Program-made: the position numbers and the translations under genes
Origin: Planctomycetota bacterium
GTDB taxonomy: Bacteria > Planctomycetota > UBA1135 > GCA-002686595
Assembly (NCBI GenBank): GCA_028823185.1
Contig: JAPKBY010000001.1
Location: forward strand, 1 to 25,751
Direction: 5' to 3'
Length of the DNA stretch: 25,751 nt
Shown here: positions 23,961-25,751 of the stretch, in pieces
Position numbering within the stretch: the first letter of the stretch is position 1
Layout of the letters: every line of letters starts with the position of its first letter
The notes under the pieces: generated by a model
Databases searched by the model: none
Seen by the model: only the letters and a program-made list of their open reading frames with translations
Told to the model about the DNA's origin: nothing

Positions 23961-25415
23961 ATGACGAGTTGGTTTTTATTGGTGGCGTGTCTTTCGGTGG
24001 CGAGTGATGGGGTGATGGGCGAGCTCTCGGGGAGGCTCGAATCGCGATCAGCGGCGACGCGACGGGTCGCCATCAGAGCCCTCGGCGAGCTCGACTCGAA
24101 GGAGGCTTATGAGTTGATTCTCCCGCACCTTGCGGATGAAGATGGAGAGGTCGCTGACGAGGCTCAGTGGCAGCTTTCGGGTATGAAGAGCCCAGATCTC
24201 TTCTTCGGGAGAGGTGGCCTTAGGTCCAGCGATGCATGGGTCCGATTGAGAGCAGCAGAGCTCCTCGGGAGGATGTCGTGCTCGATCGAAGCGCGCGCCC
24301 TCAGCCGGCATCTATCGCGCAGGAGCGCAGATCAATCAGCCGCTCTGCTGTGGTCCTTAGAGCGCTTAGCGCGCGGCGATCTTCTATGTGGAGACCTCGA
24401 GGGATGTGGGAAGGAGGTGGCACGCGCTGTTCGCTATGGCGGTCAAGCTGGCGCTTCAGCGTTGCTGTGCCTAGAGGCGCTCGGTGGGAGCGAATTGAAT
24501 GAAGAGCTAGAGTGGGCGACAAAGCGAGGCGACCCTCTTCTTCGTGCTGCAGCGGCAGAGGCATCAGCACGTCGTAGTGACCAAAAAGACTGGGGACGTA
24601 TAGAGTCCTTGGCGTGTGATGAAGACCCTGGCGTACGAAGAGTGCTGGTGAACACGCTCGCGTTGAAGCCAGACTTACGAAAGGTCAACCTTCTGATCGA
24701 TCGCCTCGAAGCCGAGGAGATCCCTCCGGTGCGCGAACGCATCTTGGCTCTCTTGCGCGCTTGGAGCGGGACGCGACATCGCTATGACCCGCGTCCGTGG
24801 CGAGATTGGGCTAGGTCGCTCTCAGATGAGTGGAGGCCAGTCGAGAGCGATGAGGTCGAGGTCGAGGTTCCCATGACTCGATCATTCGCTGGCCTTCCAG
24901 TCTCGTCCTCTAGGCTTTGCGTCTTAGTCGATCTCTCTGGCTCGATCCGAACTGAGATGAGGGATGGGGTGACGCGCAGAGATTATGTAGAGAGCGAACT
25001 AGAGGGGCTCTTAATGAGGCTGCCCGAGAGCGCTCGCTTTAACTTGATCGCATTCAGTGATGACCCTCACCCGTGGCGAAGCGCGCTTGAGTTCAATCGG
25101 CGCGGGAGCGCTGCTGATGCCATGAAGTGGTTCCTGCGATTGAGTCTTCGGGGTAAGGGGGATCTCTTCTCAGCCGCAGAGCTCGCGTTGACAGACCCTG
25201 AAGTGGACACGCTTCTAGTCTTTACGGACGGGGTCCCGACCGGTGGGAGACGCTGGAGGTTGAACTTGATGGGGCAGCTCCTTGAGCAAGAGTGCCGGTT
25301 CCGCGGTGTCTCCATTGACTCGATCTTGGTCGGGGCCAGCCCGAGAACGGTGACCGCGTGGGAGGAGATCTCTGCGCGTACGGGCGGCCGCTCTGTTCAG
25401 GTCAGCCTTGAATAA
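23961..25415 (+). CDS. HEAT-repeat plus von Willebrand A domain protein with signal peptide
   Basis: HEAT-like repeats (RRVAIRALGELD...LADEDGEVADEA, WVRLRAAELLG, DEDPGVRRVL), then VLVDLSGS, FNLIAFS, LLVFTDGVPT and SARTGG. Confidence 0.85.
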   Translation: MTSWFLLVACLSVASDGVMGELSGRLESRSAATRRVAIRALGELDSKEAYELILPHLADEDGEVADEAQWQLSGMKSPDLFFGRGGLRSSDAWVRLRAAELLGRMSCSIEARALSRHLSRRSADQSAALLWSLERLARGDLLCGDLEGCGKEVARAVRYGGQAGASALLCLEALGGSELNEELEWATKRGDPLLRAAAAEASARRSDQKDWGRIESLACDEDPGVRRVLVNTLALKPDLRKVNLLIDRLEAEEIPPVRERILALLRAWSGTRHRYDPRPWRDWARSLSDEWRPVESDEVEVEVPMTRSFAGLPVSSSRLCVLVDLSGSIRTEMRDGVTRRDYVESELEGLLMRLPESARFNLIAFSDDPHPWRSALEFNRRGSAADAMKWFLRLSLRGKGDLFSAAELALTDPEVDTLLVFTDGVPTGGRRWRLNLMGQLLEQECRFRGVSIDSILVGASPRTVTAWEEISARTGGRSVQVSLE

Positions 25416-25468
25416 GAGGGCGCAAAGGGTGAATGATAGTGGCTTCACCCCTCACTCAAGGAATACAG

Positions 25469-25751
25469 ATGAAGAGCTACGCCCAAGCCTTAGACCTCGT
25501 CGATGACTCCGCTGCTATCAGCGCTTATGACGAATATCACCGAGCCGTTTGGCCGGAGGTCCTCGCTGCCCTGCGCGGTATCGGCATCGAACGCATGGAG
25601 ATCTTTCGTACAGGGACTCGCCTCTTTATGTACTTCAGCGCTCCGGACAACTTCGACCCCTTGTGTGATTTCCAGACCTATACGGAGTCGCCTCGTTGTG
25701 CCGATTGGGACCAGCTCATGCGCCAGTATCAGCTGCGCATACCGAAGGCGA
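25469..25751 (+). CDS. L-rhamnose mutarotase family protein, 3'-truncated
   Basis: After an AAGGA RBS: MKSYAQALDLVDD...AYDEYHRAVWPEVLAALRGIGIERMEIFR.GTRLFMY...WDQLM. The frame is open to the window end and is absent from the ORF track. Confidence 0.85.
   Translation, partial: MKSYAQALDLVDDSAAISAYDEYHRAVWPEVLAALRGIGIERMEIFRTGTRLFMYFSAPDNFDPLCDFQTYTESPRCADWDQLMRQYQLRIPKA

Noticed and set aside
1-25751. CRISPR arrays, tRNA/rRNA/tmRNA genes, IS elements, prophage or defence genes
   Set aside because: I saw no regularly spaced repeats, cloverleaf, transposase, integrase or defence-type domains; a Sec/Pyl recoding signal was also not evident.

Overview
GC-rich, densely packed bacterial chromosomal window with about 23 genes. 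I recognised no rRNA, tRNA, CRISPR array or mobile element. The gene content (CRTAC1/FG-GAP plus TPR pair, CotH/lamin-tail protein, HEAT-VWA protein, a QATALVHEA-type ECF sigma, a Cys/Gly-rich 'GDG...CPCGN...QxWYR...LTNGV' C-terminal domain) suggests Planctomycetota (inference). Housekeeping genes are queG, pepN, a TPMT-like methyltransferase, rmuC, pdxA, glpK and a partial rhamnose-mutarotase-family gene. The most notable parts are: (1) a 72-aa zinc-ribbon/AT-hook microprotein (3664-3882, minus) behind a near-consensus sigma54 promoter, an IHF-like site and two copies of a TGTCGAT-N4-ATCGACA palindrome; (2) an ECF sigma / soluble ZAS-TPR anti-sigma / secreted protein operon; (3) an orphan FliK-like plus FlhB-C-like pair with a possible sigma28 promoter; (4) a second ECF sigma with an intact frame but no ATG/GTG/TTG start upstream of region 2; (5) a C-terminal motif shared by two unrelated large proteins. 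All family calls come from motif recognition by eye; no database searches were run.
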